Below, piece after piece: positions 20,448 through 30,258 of a stretch of 64,000 bases of DNA. The notes under the pieces were generated by a model, which saw only the letters and a list, made by a program, of their open reading frames with translations, did not search any database and was not told where the DNA came from. The DNA is from Candidatus Gottesmanbacteria bacterium RIFCSPLOWO2_01_FULL_39_12b (GTDB lineage Bacteria; Patescibacteriota; Microgenomatia; 2-02-FULL-39-11): NCBI GenBank assembly GCA_001780955.1, contig MFJR01000007.1, forward strand, positions 75,053 to 139,052, given 5' to 3'. The number at the start of each line of letters is the position of its first letter. Position 1 is the stretch's first letter. A program made the translations under genes and the position numbers.

Positions 20448-22298
20448 TTAATCTATAAATTTCCTCTCATATAAATCATAGACCCCATCATTCATGATCT
20501 TTTTGAAATCTACTTTTGAGATTATAGAAGATATTGCCGGGGTATATTTTTCATTATTTTTAAGGATTATATATTTCACATTTAAACTATTTAGTTCTTG
20601 GAGGACTAGAGAAGAAGTTATAGCGAATGGTATTATATTCGGCTCCTTTGGTTTTTCTGAATAAGGATTATAATTCCCTTTATCTATTATCTTCGCTATA
20701 TAATTTATAAATCTCATATTCTTGTAACCAATAAATACTTCTTCTGGTACTCGGGCAAGATATCCGCCGATGATCGGTTTTCCGTGAATAAGCTGTCCAT
20801 ACATAGGGAGTATTCCATGGACAAAACCAATATAATTAAAACCATCTCTTACTGTAAAAGGAACATCTAATACTGTCTTTTGGTCATTTTGATTTTTTAA
20901 ATACTGGTAAATTTTTACAGGGGCATTCTCAACCATCTTTTGGGAAATAGTATAAAATTGATCAAAAAAGAAAATAACAAACAAACATACTAATAAAATT
21001 ATCTGTTTTTTCTTACTTATCCTTGTCAATACAAAATTAATCACATAAGCAGTGACAATGCAGGCAAAAAATACGAAAGCCGGAGTAAATCTGGCGGTGG
21101 CTCTAATAGTTGATAAGCCTGGAATATAATGAAGTAATAAAAAGGGGAGAGGTAAGACAACGGAGACACCATCAAGATTGATAAACCAGCGATTAAATAT
21201 TTTCAAAAATGGACCCAACATCAAGATATAAAAAAAACTACTAACTATAAAATAGGGTTTTATCAGTTGCCATAATTTTTGAGGAAATCTATTGAAGATT
21301 TTCAATATAGTAACAGTTAGATAAATCAATACGATGATGATTCCTGGATAACTAAATCTTTCCAGGCTGTTAAGGAAAAAGTATTGATATTTTACAAATA
21401 ACGGAACAATTGAGGTGATTTTATTGAAAATAATATTATACAGAGGATTAAATTCACTCGGTGTTATAAAACTTGCCAAGTCAGATGATAAAGTTATTGA
21501 TCCTCCAAATCCGGGAGTTTTAACTAGTCCTTGGGTTTTGATTAAATTATAAACTGATAATATCCAGGGAATAAGGAAAAAAATTGCTGAAATAATAGAT
21601 AAAAACAAATAGGTGACATTTCTTGATAAAAGTTTTAAAAACTCCTTTCTGTCAGTAAAAAACCAGTATCCTGCAGAAAATAACAATCCAAGCACTATTG
21701 TAAAAAAGTAATAGAAATTACTCAAAAGAACCGTTGCCATGCATAATCCTAAAACCAGACAAAAGATAAATCTTTCTATTGTTTTATTTGATTCAAATAA
21801 TTTTTTTAGTGCTATAAATACTAAAGGAAAAAAGTATATAGATATATAAGCATAATGACCCAGAACTCTATGAGATAAAAATGGTGTGAATCCAAAAATT
21901 AAACTAACTAATATTGATAAGTATTGATCGATCTTTAATTTTCTTAGTAATAAATACATAAAAAAATTATTTAAGAAAAATCCAAATAAGATAATAATCA
22001 GTAGAGATTTATGGGAATTAATAAGTGGCCGGAAAATAAAAAACGGTAAAACATAAGCAGTATTGGGATCATTCAGGGAAAAATTAGTAGTAAATGGGTA
22101 TAGAATAGATTTTGTGACAAAAGGATTTTTAAATTGAAGTATATTTTGGTAACTTGTCTCAATTAAATATTCTGTAACGATATTATCACTGACCATTATC
22201 CTATTTCCAAAAAGTTCACCCCAGAGAGAAAAATTAAAAATTAAATTAATAAAAAGGAAAACAAAAATAGGCAATATAAAACGAAGTTTTTTCTTCAT
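20448..22298 (-). CDS. Putative GT-C transferase, array family B copy 2, lacking the C-terminal module
   Basis: LYPF..NFSLND, GFGGSITLSSDL, IRATARF, VRDGFNYIG, HGKPIIGGYLARV. Start moved from 22307 to the Met at 22298 because TATAAT overlaps the first ATG. Confidence 0.6.
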   Translation of the reverse strand: MKKKLRFILPIFVFLFINLIFNFSLWGELFGNRIMVSDNIVTEYLIETSYQNILQFKNPFVTKSILYPFTTNFSLNDPNTAYVLPFFIFRPLINSHKSLLIIILFGFFLNNFFMYLLLRKLKIDQYLSILVSLIFGFTPFLSHRVLGHYAYISIYFFPLVFIALKKLFESNKTIERFIFCLVLGLCMATVLLSNFYYFFTIVLGLLFSAGYWFFTDRKEFLKLLSRNVTYLFLSIISAIFFLIPWILSVYNLIKTQGLVKTPGFGGSITLSSDLASFITPSEFNPLYNIIFNKITSIVPLFVKYQYFFLNSLERFSYPGIIIVLIYLTVTILKIFNRFPQKLWQLIKPYFIVSSFFYILMLGPFLKIFNRWFINLDGVSVVLPLPFLLLHYIPGLSTIRATARFTPAFVFFACIVTAYVINFVLTRISKKKQIILLVCLFVIFFFDQFYTISQKMVENAPVKIYQYLKNQNDQKTVLDVPFTVRDGFNYIGFVHGILPMYGQLIHGKPIIGGYLARVPEEVFIGYKNMRFINYIAKIIDKGNYNPYSEKPKEPNIIPFAITSSLVLQELNSLNVKYIILKNNEKYTPAISSIISKVDFKKIMNDGVYDLYERKFID

Positions 22299-22366
22299 TT
22301 TAAGCATTATACTACGAAAATGTCTTAATCCTAGAGAACGAATTAAATCAATTTATTTCAAAATTC

Positions 22367-24625
22367 TCACTCGATTTTTAAAGAATAAAATTTCAGTCCA
22401 AGTTCTCTTTCATCTTTATTGTCAGGAAAAACTGTAGATGGTTTATGAGTTTTTGAGAGTTTAAATGTAATTCTATGTATTTCTGGTTCTAAAGAGTATG
22501 GAACATCTATACGATACACCCCTTTTTGGGAGAGTACTCGTATCTTATCAATATAGACTTCGTCTAGATAAACTTGCACGTACTGTTCATTTTGGAATGA
22601 CTCTGTTTCAAAAATTATCGTTGGTTTTATCCTGTTGATCGTTTTGACAAAGACTGTAGCTATTTTCCCATAAGTCCATCGAAACCCATCTTCCGCAACG
22701 CTAAATCCAGAAACGATAAATAATTCGTCTCCTGTCGTCCCGAAGCGTATATCTGTAAATAGCACTGCGCGCAATTCTCGTTTCAGAAGTATATATGGTG
22801 TCTCGCTTGACACTATTTTATATCCGATTTCTTCAAGTGTTTGTCGTATAAGCTGCGAGTATAGTTCGTCATTCTTAAGAACAACATATTTAATATCTAA
22901 AAAATCTAGTTCTTTCTGCAGAGTTGTCACGTTGGCATTATAAACTGTGACGATCGGGAGAGTCGGCTGCTCCTTATATAGATCGTAGTTGCCTTTATCG
23001 ATTATTTGCGCAGTATGACCGATAAACGGAAGATTAGAATAGTAAGAAAAAATTGATGAATCTACACGAGAAAGGTATCCGCCAATAATCGGCTTATCAT
23101 GTATCAATGTTCCAATGGTGGGAGTATTCGCGTGAATGCTGCCAATATACTTAAAGCCATCCCTTACAGTAAATGGAATTTCCAGAACAGTTGACTTGTC
23201 AGGATCTTTTTTAATATAGTCGTAAATTTTTAGAGGAAGATACTTATCAGATCTTTGAGGTATAAAATATGCTTGATCAATTACCACAACAATAAATAAA
23301 AGTGTAAAAATTGTGAAATAAAATTTTCTATTTAATCTGCTAAACACAAAGGATAATAAATAAGCAGTGACGATAGTGGCGAAGAACACAAAAGCAGATA
23401 TAAATCTTGCTGGGGCTCTTACAGTGGTAAGTCCGGGAAAATAGTGAAGAAGTAGGAATGGTAAAGGAAGAAAAATATGAATTCCTTCATCAAGAGTGAT
23501 AAACCATCTGTTAAATATCTTTAAAAAAGGACCTAAGGTAAGAAGTGCAAAAAATAGACTCGCTAAAAAATGAGGTTTTAATTTATACCATATTTTTTTA
23601 TGTATTTTATTTTTGAAAAGGAAAATTAAGATATATGCAGTAATGATAATCAACCCAGGAGAGACGGACCTGTTATTGTTAAAGAAAAAAGAATTTGCTA
23701 ATTTGGCAAAAAAAATTGACTTACCCCTAATATCGTTCATGATAGATGCATAAAATGGATTATACTCACTTGGCGTGACAAAATTTATCAGATCCGAAGA
23801 TAATTCTATTGCGCCTCCAAAACCGGCTACTTTATATTCTTCATTAAATAAGCGTAGATTTAATACTGTTAAAAACCAAGGAGTAAGGATAACAAAAAAG
23901 GAAAGTAATGAAAGTAGGAGATAGAATACATTCTTTATAATAAATTGATAGAAAATTTGCTTGAAAGATAAAAAGAGATAATAAACACAGTAAAAAAACA
24001 TAGCTAATACGACCATCAGGAAATAATAAGGATTAGCAAAATAAGTTAGAGCCAATAGTATTCCATAGGTTAGAGAATAAATAGATTTTTTGATAGTTGA
24101 GTTTGATTCTAGAAAAAACAAAATATTTATAAATAAGAGAGGAAAGAAGTAGTAAGTAGTATACGTATAGTGTCCTAATATTCTGTATGATAGAAAAGGT
24201 GAAAAAGCAAATATTAGGCTGCAAAATGCAGAAACATAACTCCTTATTTTCAGTTTTCTTAAAAGTAGATACATACATATATTTGCCCAAAATATATTAG
24301 TAAGAACGATAATAAGAGTTGATTGGTGAATATTAAAGAAAGGGCGTAAGATAGTTAATGGAAAAAAATTGATTAACCAAGTATCATCCAATGAGAGATT
24401 TGTTTTAAATGGATAAAAAATACTGTCGGTTATAAAAGGATTCTCAAATTTTAATATCTTTTGATAAGCGTTTTCCGTAAAAAATTCATAATTTATACCA
24501 TCATTGATGCTAATTCTTTGAGGGTAGTAATTTAAAAAAATATCCTGAATAAAAGGTAAATTAAAAATTATAATAAGAAGAATTACTCCAGCAAAAAAGA
24601 GGTATAAAAATTTTTTACTTCCCAT
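22367..24625 (-). CDS. Putative GT-C transferase, array family B copy 3, with C-terminal module
   Basis: FYPF..NLSLDD, GFGGAIELSSDL, VRAPARF, VRDGFKYIG, HDKPIIGGYLSRV, SGFSVAEDGFRW. Confidence 0.6.
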   Translation of the reverse strand: MGSKKFLYLFFAGVILLIIIFNLPFIQDIFLNYYPQRISINDGINYEFFTENAYQKILKFENPFITDSIFYPFKTNLSLDDTWLINFFPLTILRPFFNIHQSTLIIVLTNIFWANICMYLLLRKLKIRSYVSAFCSLIFAFSPFLSYRILGHYTYTTYYFFPLLFINILFFLESNSTIKKSIYSLTYGILLALTYFANPYYFLMVVLAMFFYCVYYLFLSFKQIFYQFIIKNVFYLLLSLLSFFVILTPWFLTVLNLRLFNEEYKVAGFGGAIELSSDLINFVTPSEYNPFYASIMNDIRGKSIFFAKLANSFFFNNNRSVSPGLIIITAYILIFLFKNKIHKKIWYKLKPHFLASLFFALLTLGPFLKIFNRWFITLDEGIHIFLPLPFLLLHYFPGLTTVRAPARFISAFVFFATIVTAYLLSFVFSRLNRKFYFTIFTLLFIVVVIDQAYFIPQRSDKYLPLKIYDYIKKDPDKSTVLEIPFTVRDGFKYIGSIHANTPTIGTLIHDKPIIGGYLSRVDSSIFSYYSNLPFIGHTAQIIDKGNYDLYKEQPTLPIVTVYNANVTTLQKELDFLDIKYVVLKNDELYSQLIRQTLEEIGYKIVSSETPYILLKRELRAVLFTDIRFGTTGDELFIVSGFSVAEDGFRWTYGKIATVFVKTINRIKPTIIFETESFQNEQYVQVYLDEVYIDKIRVLSQKGVYRIDVPYSLEPEIHRITFKLSKTHKPSTVFPDNKDERELGLKFYSLKIE

Positions 24626-24725
24626 TCTTTTTTTTGATGATTTTATTTCTTATCGAATGAGGTTTGACGATTGGTTCTTGATCTCTTGGAATAGGCATCG
24701 TATGCTAGCGTTAGTAATAGTCAAT

Positions 24726-24734
24726 ATTATACTA
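24726..24734. promoter_or_regulatory. Candidate -10 in divergent intergenic region (TAGTATAAT on minus strand, overlapping TATACT on plus)
   Basis: attatacta at 24726-24734, between the array start (24625, -) and the acetyltransferase (+). Confidence 0.4.
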
Positions 24735-24765
24735 TAGAAATGGGGATTATTTACATTCAGATAGT

Positions 24766-25416
24766 ATGTATAATAAATGGAGATTACTCCGTGAAATGAA
24801 AAGACGCATTGTTAATCAATTTCTTATCCGGAAGACTTCAAAGAAAAAACATTGTTATCTAAAACTCGGCAATAATGTTTATCTTCCCATTTTATCTGAC
24901 ATTAAGACTGCAGTTACTATTGGCAACGGTACCGGTATAAACGGAAAAATCACTATCATGGGAGGATCAAAGGTTTCCATAGGGAAGTACTGTGCTATTG
25001 GATCGGACGTGAAAATAATTTCCTCTAATCATGATGTACGATATGCGAATTTACAATCTAAGTTTCAACTAGAATATTTTGCAATGAGTTTAGATAGTAC
25101 CAAAGGTGAAGTAAAAATTGGAAATAATGTTTGGATAGCAGATTCTGCAATCATTCTATCGGGAGTAACTATTGGGGATGGAGCAGTTGTTGCGGCAGGG
25201 GCAGTTGTGGTAAAGGACATTCCCCCGTTTTGTATAGCTGCAGGAATTCCCGCTGTGATAAAAAGAGAACGATTCTCAAAAAAGATCGTAGATAAGCTTT
25301 TGGCGATTCAATGGTGGGATTGGGATGAAAAGATGATAAAACGAAATAAAGATTTTTTTACGCTAGATCTCACTAAAAATCCCAATTTTTTACTAGAAAA
25401 GATTATTCATAATTAG
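24766..25416 (+). CDS. Hexapeptide-repeat O-acetyltransferase (CatB/Vat-like XAT family), probably a sugar O-acyltransferase
   Basis: IGKYCAIG, IGNNVWI..GVTIGDGAVVAAGAVVVKDIPP..GIPA, QWWDW; true start may be Met at 24796. Confidence 0.8.
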   Translation: MYNKWRLLREMKRRIVNQFLIRKTSKKKHCYLKLGNNVYLPILSDIKTAVTIGNGTGINGKITIMGGSKVSIGKYCAIGSDVKIISSNHDVRYANLQSKFQLEYFAMSLDSTKGEVKIGNNVWIADSAIILSGVTIGDGAVVAAGAVVVKDIPPFCIAAGIPAVIKRERFSKKIVDKLLAIQWWDWDEKMIKRNKDFFTLDLTKNPNFLLEKIIHN

Positions 25417-27236
25417 GGTCGAGAGAATAGTGTTTTTATTCTTCTTATCTTCTCAGAAGCCTTAAAAAGTTTAGTCGAGGTAATTCTTTCCATATCTTCG
25501 CGTAATCTTATGATTTTGCTACTCAAGTTTCTATTCTTTTCTTCCAACTCTGTTAATTTTTTTGCCGAGAGAGATTTTTCCATAACATCTTCAACGTTAC
25601 AATGTTTCACAAGTTCCAGAAGATTGCTTTGATTTTTTATAGTTTGCTGCAAAAAACCCTGAATGTTTTCAAGTATACGTTTCTTACTATCCTTGGTTAG
25701 AATGTGCTGGTAGGCAGATTCTTCCTCAATAAAATTTTCGATATCGTTCTGCGTACAGACAATTCCTGTCGATTCCCGCAGGAAATCCACAATTGCATTT
25801 TGACAAGGAATACGATCATATATTTTATAAAGGTGGGGTAAGTTCATACTGAAAAGATAGGCGACATTTCTCAGAAAAACAGATAGAAGTGGAATTGGTT
25901 TCCTCTTGATATTCTCTACATCAAAGTAGACGAATTTATTATGTACAAGCGATACATTAGAAAGAGTTGCTTCATAATACCGATGACCTATAAATCCCTT
26001 AGGATCTGTATGGCGTTGCAGGAACTGGTAAAACCTGCTGAAAAGTGCAACCCATTCGCCTTTAAAATTTTCTGAGAGTGCCGCTCGCATGAATGAAAAA
26101 ATATAGGGTTCCGGATAAAGGTCTTGGTAGAGAGCTTTCTTTTTTCCATATAAGTATTTCTTACGCACTTTGAGCTCTTTATCTTTTTCTCCTATCGATA
26201 TTTCACTTTGTCGATTCACGCTACGGCTCAGCTGATAGCGCTTAATAACCCAATCAGCTTTCGGAAGATTTTTCTTTCCCTTGCTTGCAAAAACTAAAAA
26301 GGAGTTAGAGAAACTTTCTAGAAGATCATTCTTGAAAAACTCAGAGAGAAGAAGAAATTCATCTATTATCCGGATCGGTGCTCGATAATAATCTCTGGAG
26401 TATTCCTTAAAGAGGAAATGACTTAAATCTGTTGTGTTTTTCCACTGCAGGGGATGATGAAAAAGAGCAAAGGGTGTTTTATAATCCGGAAAAGGAAAGA
26501 ACCATTCTTGGTAACGTAAATTGTTTTCGTTAAACAAATTTATAAGCTCCTTTCGGCTGAAAGTTTTTGGCCCTTTCTTGTTAGGGAAATTGTGAAGGCT
26601 CTCCAGAAATAGAGATGTATGATCTTCGGTAAGTGGGACAAAATAGCGCAATCCAAGTCTATTTTCGATAGCGAGAATCAATACTCCATCGTCCTTGAGA
26701 AAGGAAGCAGCCGTATGAATAAAAGATGAGGCGGGAGAAGGCGACACAGCAATATTTTTCATAAGGGCTGCATATTCTAATACTCCTACAACGACAACAA
26801 AATCAAACTTTTTGGATGGATATAAATTGAATATATCCTCGGCAATAACTTTCACATTACGAAGTCCTCTGCAGCGTTTTGCACATCCAAGGGCTCTTAT
26901 TAGTGGGGGTTCTACTGCATATACTTCTTTTGCGCATTCGCCAAGTAGCCGTGTTAATCCTCCAAAACCTGCACCAATCTCCAATACACTTTTCTCCGTA
27001 AAAAGTTCTTTAAATGGCAGAAGGAGAGAGTTTCGATATTTGGAAAAATGAGATTCTGTAGACCAATCTACGATTTGGGAGTGTAACTCTTCGCTGAGAG
27101 CGGATACGTCTTTTGCCTTATCGAGAACTTCTAGGATTATTTTTTCTTTTTCAGTTCCCTCATTGTACCAAAAATTGGAAGATTGATTATTTGATGCAGA
27201 AGAGATAACGGATGCTTTATCTATTGGAATACTCAT
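25413..27236 (-). CDS. SAM methyltransferase with C-terminal coiled coil (WbdD-like glycan capping protein)
   Basis: VLEIGAGFGGLT, VGVLEYA, AIENRLG, FPDYK; C-terminal heptads LTELEEKNRNLSSKIIRLREDMERI and an amphipathic basic tail. Confidence 0.65.
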   Translation of the reverse strand: MSIPIDKASVISSASNNQSSNFWYNEGTEKEKIILEVLDKAKDVSALSEELHSQIVDWSTESHFSKYRNSLLLPFKELFTEKSVLEIGAGFGGLTRLLGECAKEVYAVEPPLIRALGCAKRCRGLRNVKVIAEDIFNLYPSKKFDFVVVVGVLEYAALMKNIAVSPSPASSFIHTAASFLKDDGVLILAIENRLGLRYFVPLTEDHTSLFLESLHNFPNKKGPKTFSRKELINLFNENNLRYQEWFFPFPDYKTPFALFHHPLQWKNTTDLSHFLFKEYSRDYYRAPIRIIDEFLLLSEFFKNDLLESFSNSFLVFASKGKKNLPKADWVIKRYQLSRSVNRQSEISIGEKDKELKVRKKYLYGKKKALYQDLYPEPYIFSFMRAALSENFKGEWVALFSRFYQFLQRHTDPKGFIGHRYYEATLSNVSLVHNKFVYFDVENIKRKPIPLLSVFLRNVAYLFSMNLPHLYKIYDRIPCQNAIVDFLRESTGIVCTQNDIENFIEEESAYQHILTKDSKKRILENIQGFLQQTIKNQSNLLELVKHCNVEDVMEKSLSAKKLTELEEKNRNLSSKIIRLREDMERITSTKLFKASEKIRRIKTLFSRP

Positions 27237-27245
27237 TCAAGAAAT

Positions 27246-28508
27246 TCAAATTTTCTTCACGATGAATCCTAGGATTACCTTTTTAATATACGTGATATGT
27301 TCGAAGCTTATTCCTGGAAAAACTCCGAGCCAAAAGGCTCCATTGAGAGCCACATCAGAATTTTCTACACTACCTGCTATTCTGTATTTGGTATGTTTAT
27401 ATGCAGGATGCCGAAGTAAATTACCAGAAAAAATTGTCCGAGTCCCAATTTTGTTTTCTTCTAGGTATTGAGTAAATTCATTTCGAGTAAATGGTGCGTT
27501 TTCTTTTACTATTGCCGGGAATCCAAACCAACAGGGATCTTCTTTCTCGGAAAGTTCCGGCAGGATAAAATATTTTTTGTACTGATCAAAAAACGCTCGC
27601 AGCTGAGCGTAATTTTCTTTCCGTTTTTTGATAAATTGGGGAAGTTTTTTTAGCTGTGCGACACCTATTGCGGCTTGAAAGTCGGTTAATTTCAGATTGT
27701 ACCCAATTTGGGTATACGTATACTTGTGATCGTACCCGAATGGGAGATCACCAAATTGCCAGCCGAAACGTTTTCTACATGTATTATCTTTTCCCGTATC
27801 ACACCAGCAATCTCTACCCCAATCTCGAAATTGCCTGATAGATCTATGAATAAGAGGATTATTGGTGATAACGGCTCCTCCTTCTCCCATCGTGATTTGA
27901 TGAGCAGGATAAAAGCTGTATGTTGCAATATCACCATACGTGCCGACAAGTTTTCCATTCCATCGGGAACCAAGAGCATCACAGCAATCCTCGATAACCC
28001 AGAGATTGTATTTCTTCGCAATTCGCGTTATCTGGGTAAGGTTGTACGGAATTCCCAGAGTATGAGCTACCATGATAAGTTTCGTCTTTTTCGTAATTGC
28101 TTTTTCAATTTTTCCAATATCGATATTGAATGTTTTAACATCGATATCAATAAAAACCGGTGTGAGTCCATATTGAATTCCGGGATTAACGGTCGTAGGG
28201 AAAGCAAGAGGTATGGCGATGTATTCATCACCACTTTTGAGGGCTCGATCCTTAAAAACGTTGGAGGTGAGAGAAGCTAGAGCGACAAGGTTGGCAGAAG
28301 AGCCAGAGTTGACTAGAGAAACGTATCTTATTCCCATAAAATTTCTGAAGTCCTTTTCAAACTGTTTCCCGAATTCTCCCTCTGTCCACCAGCCGTCACG
28401 GGCTACTTTTATAGCGTTGTTTATCTCTTCTTTGTCGAAAACTTTACCCGAAACGGGAATGTAGGTTCGACCTGGTATAAACGTTTTCTTCATTATTGAA
28501 ATCCCCAT
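27246..28508 (-). CDS. rfbH: CDP-4-keto-6-deoxyglucose 3-dehydratase (E1, DdhC/RfbH/AscC)
   Basis: NSGSSANL, EDCCDALG, SFYPAHQITMGEGG (His in place of the aminotransferase Lys), RDWGRDCWC..NTC Fe-S cysteines, GYDHKY; start may be 28493. Confidence 0.9.
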   Translation of the reverse strand: MGISIMKKTFIPGRTYIPVSGKVFDKEEINNAIKVARDGWWTEGEFGKQFEKDFRNFMGIRYVSLVNSGSSANLVALASLTSNVFKDRALKSGDEYIAIPLAFPTTVNPGIQYGLTPVFIDIDVKTFNIDIGKIEKAITKKTKLIMVAHTLGIPYNLTQITRIAKKYNLWVIEDCCDALGSRWNGKLVGTYGDIATYSFYPAHQITMGEGGAVITNNPLIHRSIRQFRDWGRDCWCDTGKDNTCRKRFGWQFGDLPFGYDHKYTYTQIGYNLKLTDFQAAIGVAQLKKLPQFIKKRKENYAQLRAFFDQYKKYFILPELSEKEDPCWFGFPAIVKENAPFTRNEFTQYLEENKIGTRTIFSGNLLRHPAYKHTKYRIAGSVENSDVALNGAFWLGVFPGISFEHITYIKKVILGFIVKKI

Positions 28509-28528
28509 GTAATGATATTGATTTTTCT

Positions 28529-28561
28529 ATTATATCAGTTACTACAAGTATTTGATAAAAT
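28529..28561. promoter_or_regulatory. Divergent extended -10 pair: TGaTATAAT (minus, 28529-28537) and TGaTAAAAT (plus, 28553-28561)
   Basis: Both lie in the short gap between divergent rfbH and wbqC-like genes. Confidence 0.45.
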
Positions 28562-28575
28562 AGATTTGATTTAAT

Positions 28576-29277
28576 ATGAAAATTGGGATAATGCAACCAT
28601 ATTTATTTCCGTATATAGGTTATTTCCAATTGATAAAAGCTGTCGATAAATTTGTGATACATGATGATATTCAGTATATTAAAGGAGGCTGGATAAATAG
28701 AAACCGGATCCAAATTAACCATAAAGAACATCTGTTTACATTTAGCCTAAAAAGGGATAGTTCACTAAAAAATATCAATACTCGATTATTTTCAGATCAA
28801 TTTACCAAAGAGAGTGCTAATTTTTTAAGAATAGTTCAAAATACTTATAAAAAGTCCCCCTTTTTTATTTATATATACGATTTATTATCAAAAATATTAG
28901 CTTACAAAGAATTAAATATTTCATTATTCATAACAAATTCTCTCAAACTGATCTGTAATTACCTTGAAATAAAAACTCCTTTTTATCTGTCATCAAAGCT
29001 TTACAAAAATAATCAGTTAAAGGGTCAGGATAGAGTCATGAATATTTGCCAGACATTAGATGCCGAAGTCTATATCAATCCCATCGGCGGGAAGATTTTA
29101 TACTCAAAGGAAATATTTAAGGAAAATAATATTTCATTATTCTTTTTGCAAACCAAAGATATGAGTTTTGAGTTTAAAAAAGAGTGCTATATTCCCAACT
29201 TATCGATAATTGACGTAATGATGTTTAACTCTATTATAAAAATAAAAAAAATGTTAGACAGCTACGAATTAATATAA
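28576..29277 (+). CDS. WbqC family protein
   Basis: IMQPYLFPYIGYFQLI, DDIQY..GWINRNRI, YINPIGG, LSIIDVMM. Confidence 0.88.
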   Translation: MKIGIMQPYLFPYIGYFQLIKAVDKFVIHDDIQYIKGGWINRNRIQINHKEHLFTFSLKRDSSLKNINTRLFSDQFTKESANFLRIVQNTYKKSPFFIYIYDLLSKILAYKELNISLFITNSLKLICNYLEIKTPFYLSSKLYKNNQLKGQDRVMNICQTLDAEVYINPIGGKILYSKEIFKENNISLFFLQTKDMSFEFKKECYIPNLSIIDVMMFNSIIKIKKMLDSYELI

Positions 29278-29291
29278 ACAGAAATAAAAAA

Positions 29292-30254
29292 ATGTTTAAA
29301 TGGAAAAAATTAGGAAGAGTTTTTAACCCTACGAAATATAAGGATAAAAGTTGGATGCGCGAATTTGCACAAGCACCTTCTGTTCTAATTTTTGATAAAT
29401 TTGTCAGGGTTTTTTTTGCCTGCAGACCTCTACGTGATAAAAACAGACAATACGTCAGCTATACAGGTTTTGTTGACTTAAATAGATACAATTTATTTGA
29501 AATAATTAATATCTCTAAAAGGCCGATTTTACAGTTAGGGGAAAGGGGAACTTTTGATGAATTTGGTACTTATCCTGTGTCAGTAATAAGAAAAGATAAT
29601 GAAATAATAGCCTATTATGGTGGATGGACAAGATGCGAATCAATTCCTTATACCGTATCCATTGGAGTGGCTAAAAGCCATGATAATGGAGTACATTTTA
29701 CTAAATTTGGCAGAGGTCCATTACTATCCTCCAATATTCTTGATCCATATGTCGTAAGTGGTCCAAAAGTCAGAAGGTTTAACGAGCGATGGTACTTGTG
29801 GTATGTGGCTGGAACGAAGTGGTTAGAGACTAATAGTAAACCAGAGGCAGTCTATAAAATCAGAATGGCATATTCAGTTGATGGAATTAATTGGACAAGA
29901 AATGGTAAGAATTTGATTGAGAATAAAATAGAAAAAAATGAGTGTCAGGCAAGTCCGGATGTAATTTATTATAAAGAAAAATATCATATGTTTTTTTGCT
30001 ATAAATATAGTCTGAATTTTAGAAATAACAAGAGAGGTTATAAAATTGGTTATGCATATTCTGATGATCTGACGCATTGGATAAGGGATGATACAAAAGC
30101 AGGTATAGATATATCAAGAAAAGGTTGGGATGGTGAGTCAATCGCTTATCCCCATGTTTTTGAACTCGACAATAATCTTTATATGCTTTATTTAGGAAAT
30201 CAAGTTGGTAGATATGGTTTTGGATTGGCACAACTAGAAGATTATAAACAATAA
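29292..30254 (+). CDS. Five-bladed beta-propeller protein (GH43/GH130-like fold), copy 1
   Basis: WKKLG, LGERGTFDEFG, YYGGW, SGP, WYLWY, AYSVDGINW, AYSDDLTHW, GWD..YP; no signal peptide. Confidence 0.65.
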   Translation: MFKWKKLGRVFNPTKYKDKSWMREFAQAPSVLIFDKFVRVFFACRPLRDKNRQYVSYTGFVDLNRYNLFEIINISKRPILQLGERGTFDEFGTYPVSVIRKDNEIIAYYGGWTRCESIPYTVSIGVAKSHDNGVHFTKFGRGPLLSSNILDPYVVSGPKVRRFNERWYLWYVAGTKWLETNSKPEAVYKIRMAYSVDGINWTRNGKNLIENKIEKNECQASPDVIYYKEKYHMFFCYKYSLNFRNNKRGYKIGYAYSDDLTHWIRDDTKAGIDISRKGWDGESIAYPHVFELDNNLYMLYLGNQVGRYGFGLAQLEDYKQ

Positions 30255-30258
30255 AAAT

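Noticed and set aside
9699-24625. Diversity-generating retroelement or invertible shufflon behind the paralog array
   Set aside because: No reverse transcriptase, recombinase, near-identical TR/VR pair with adenine-specific differences, or inverted repeats were seen
24766-25416. Possible chloramphenicol/streptogramin acetyltransferase resistance gene (CatB/Vat-like)
   Set aside because: The hexapeptide fold is shared with sugar O-acetyltransferases, the context is purely glycan biosynthesis, and no mobile element is nearby
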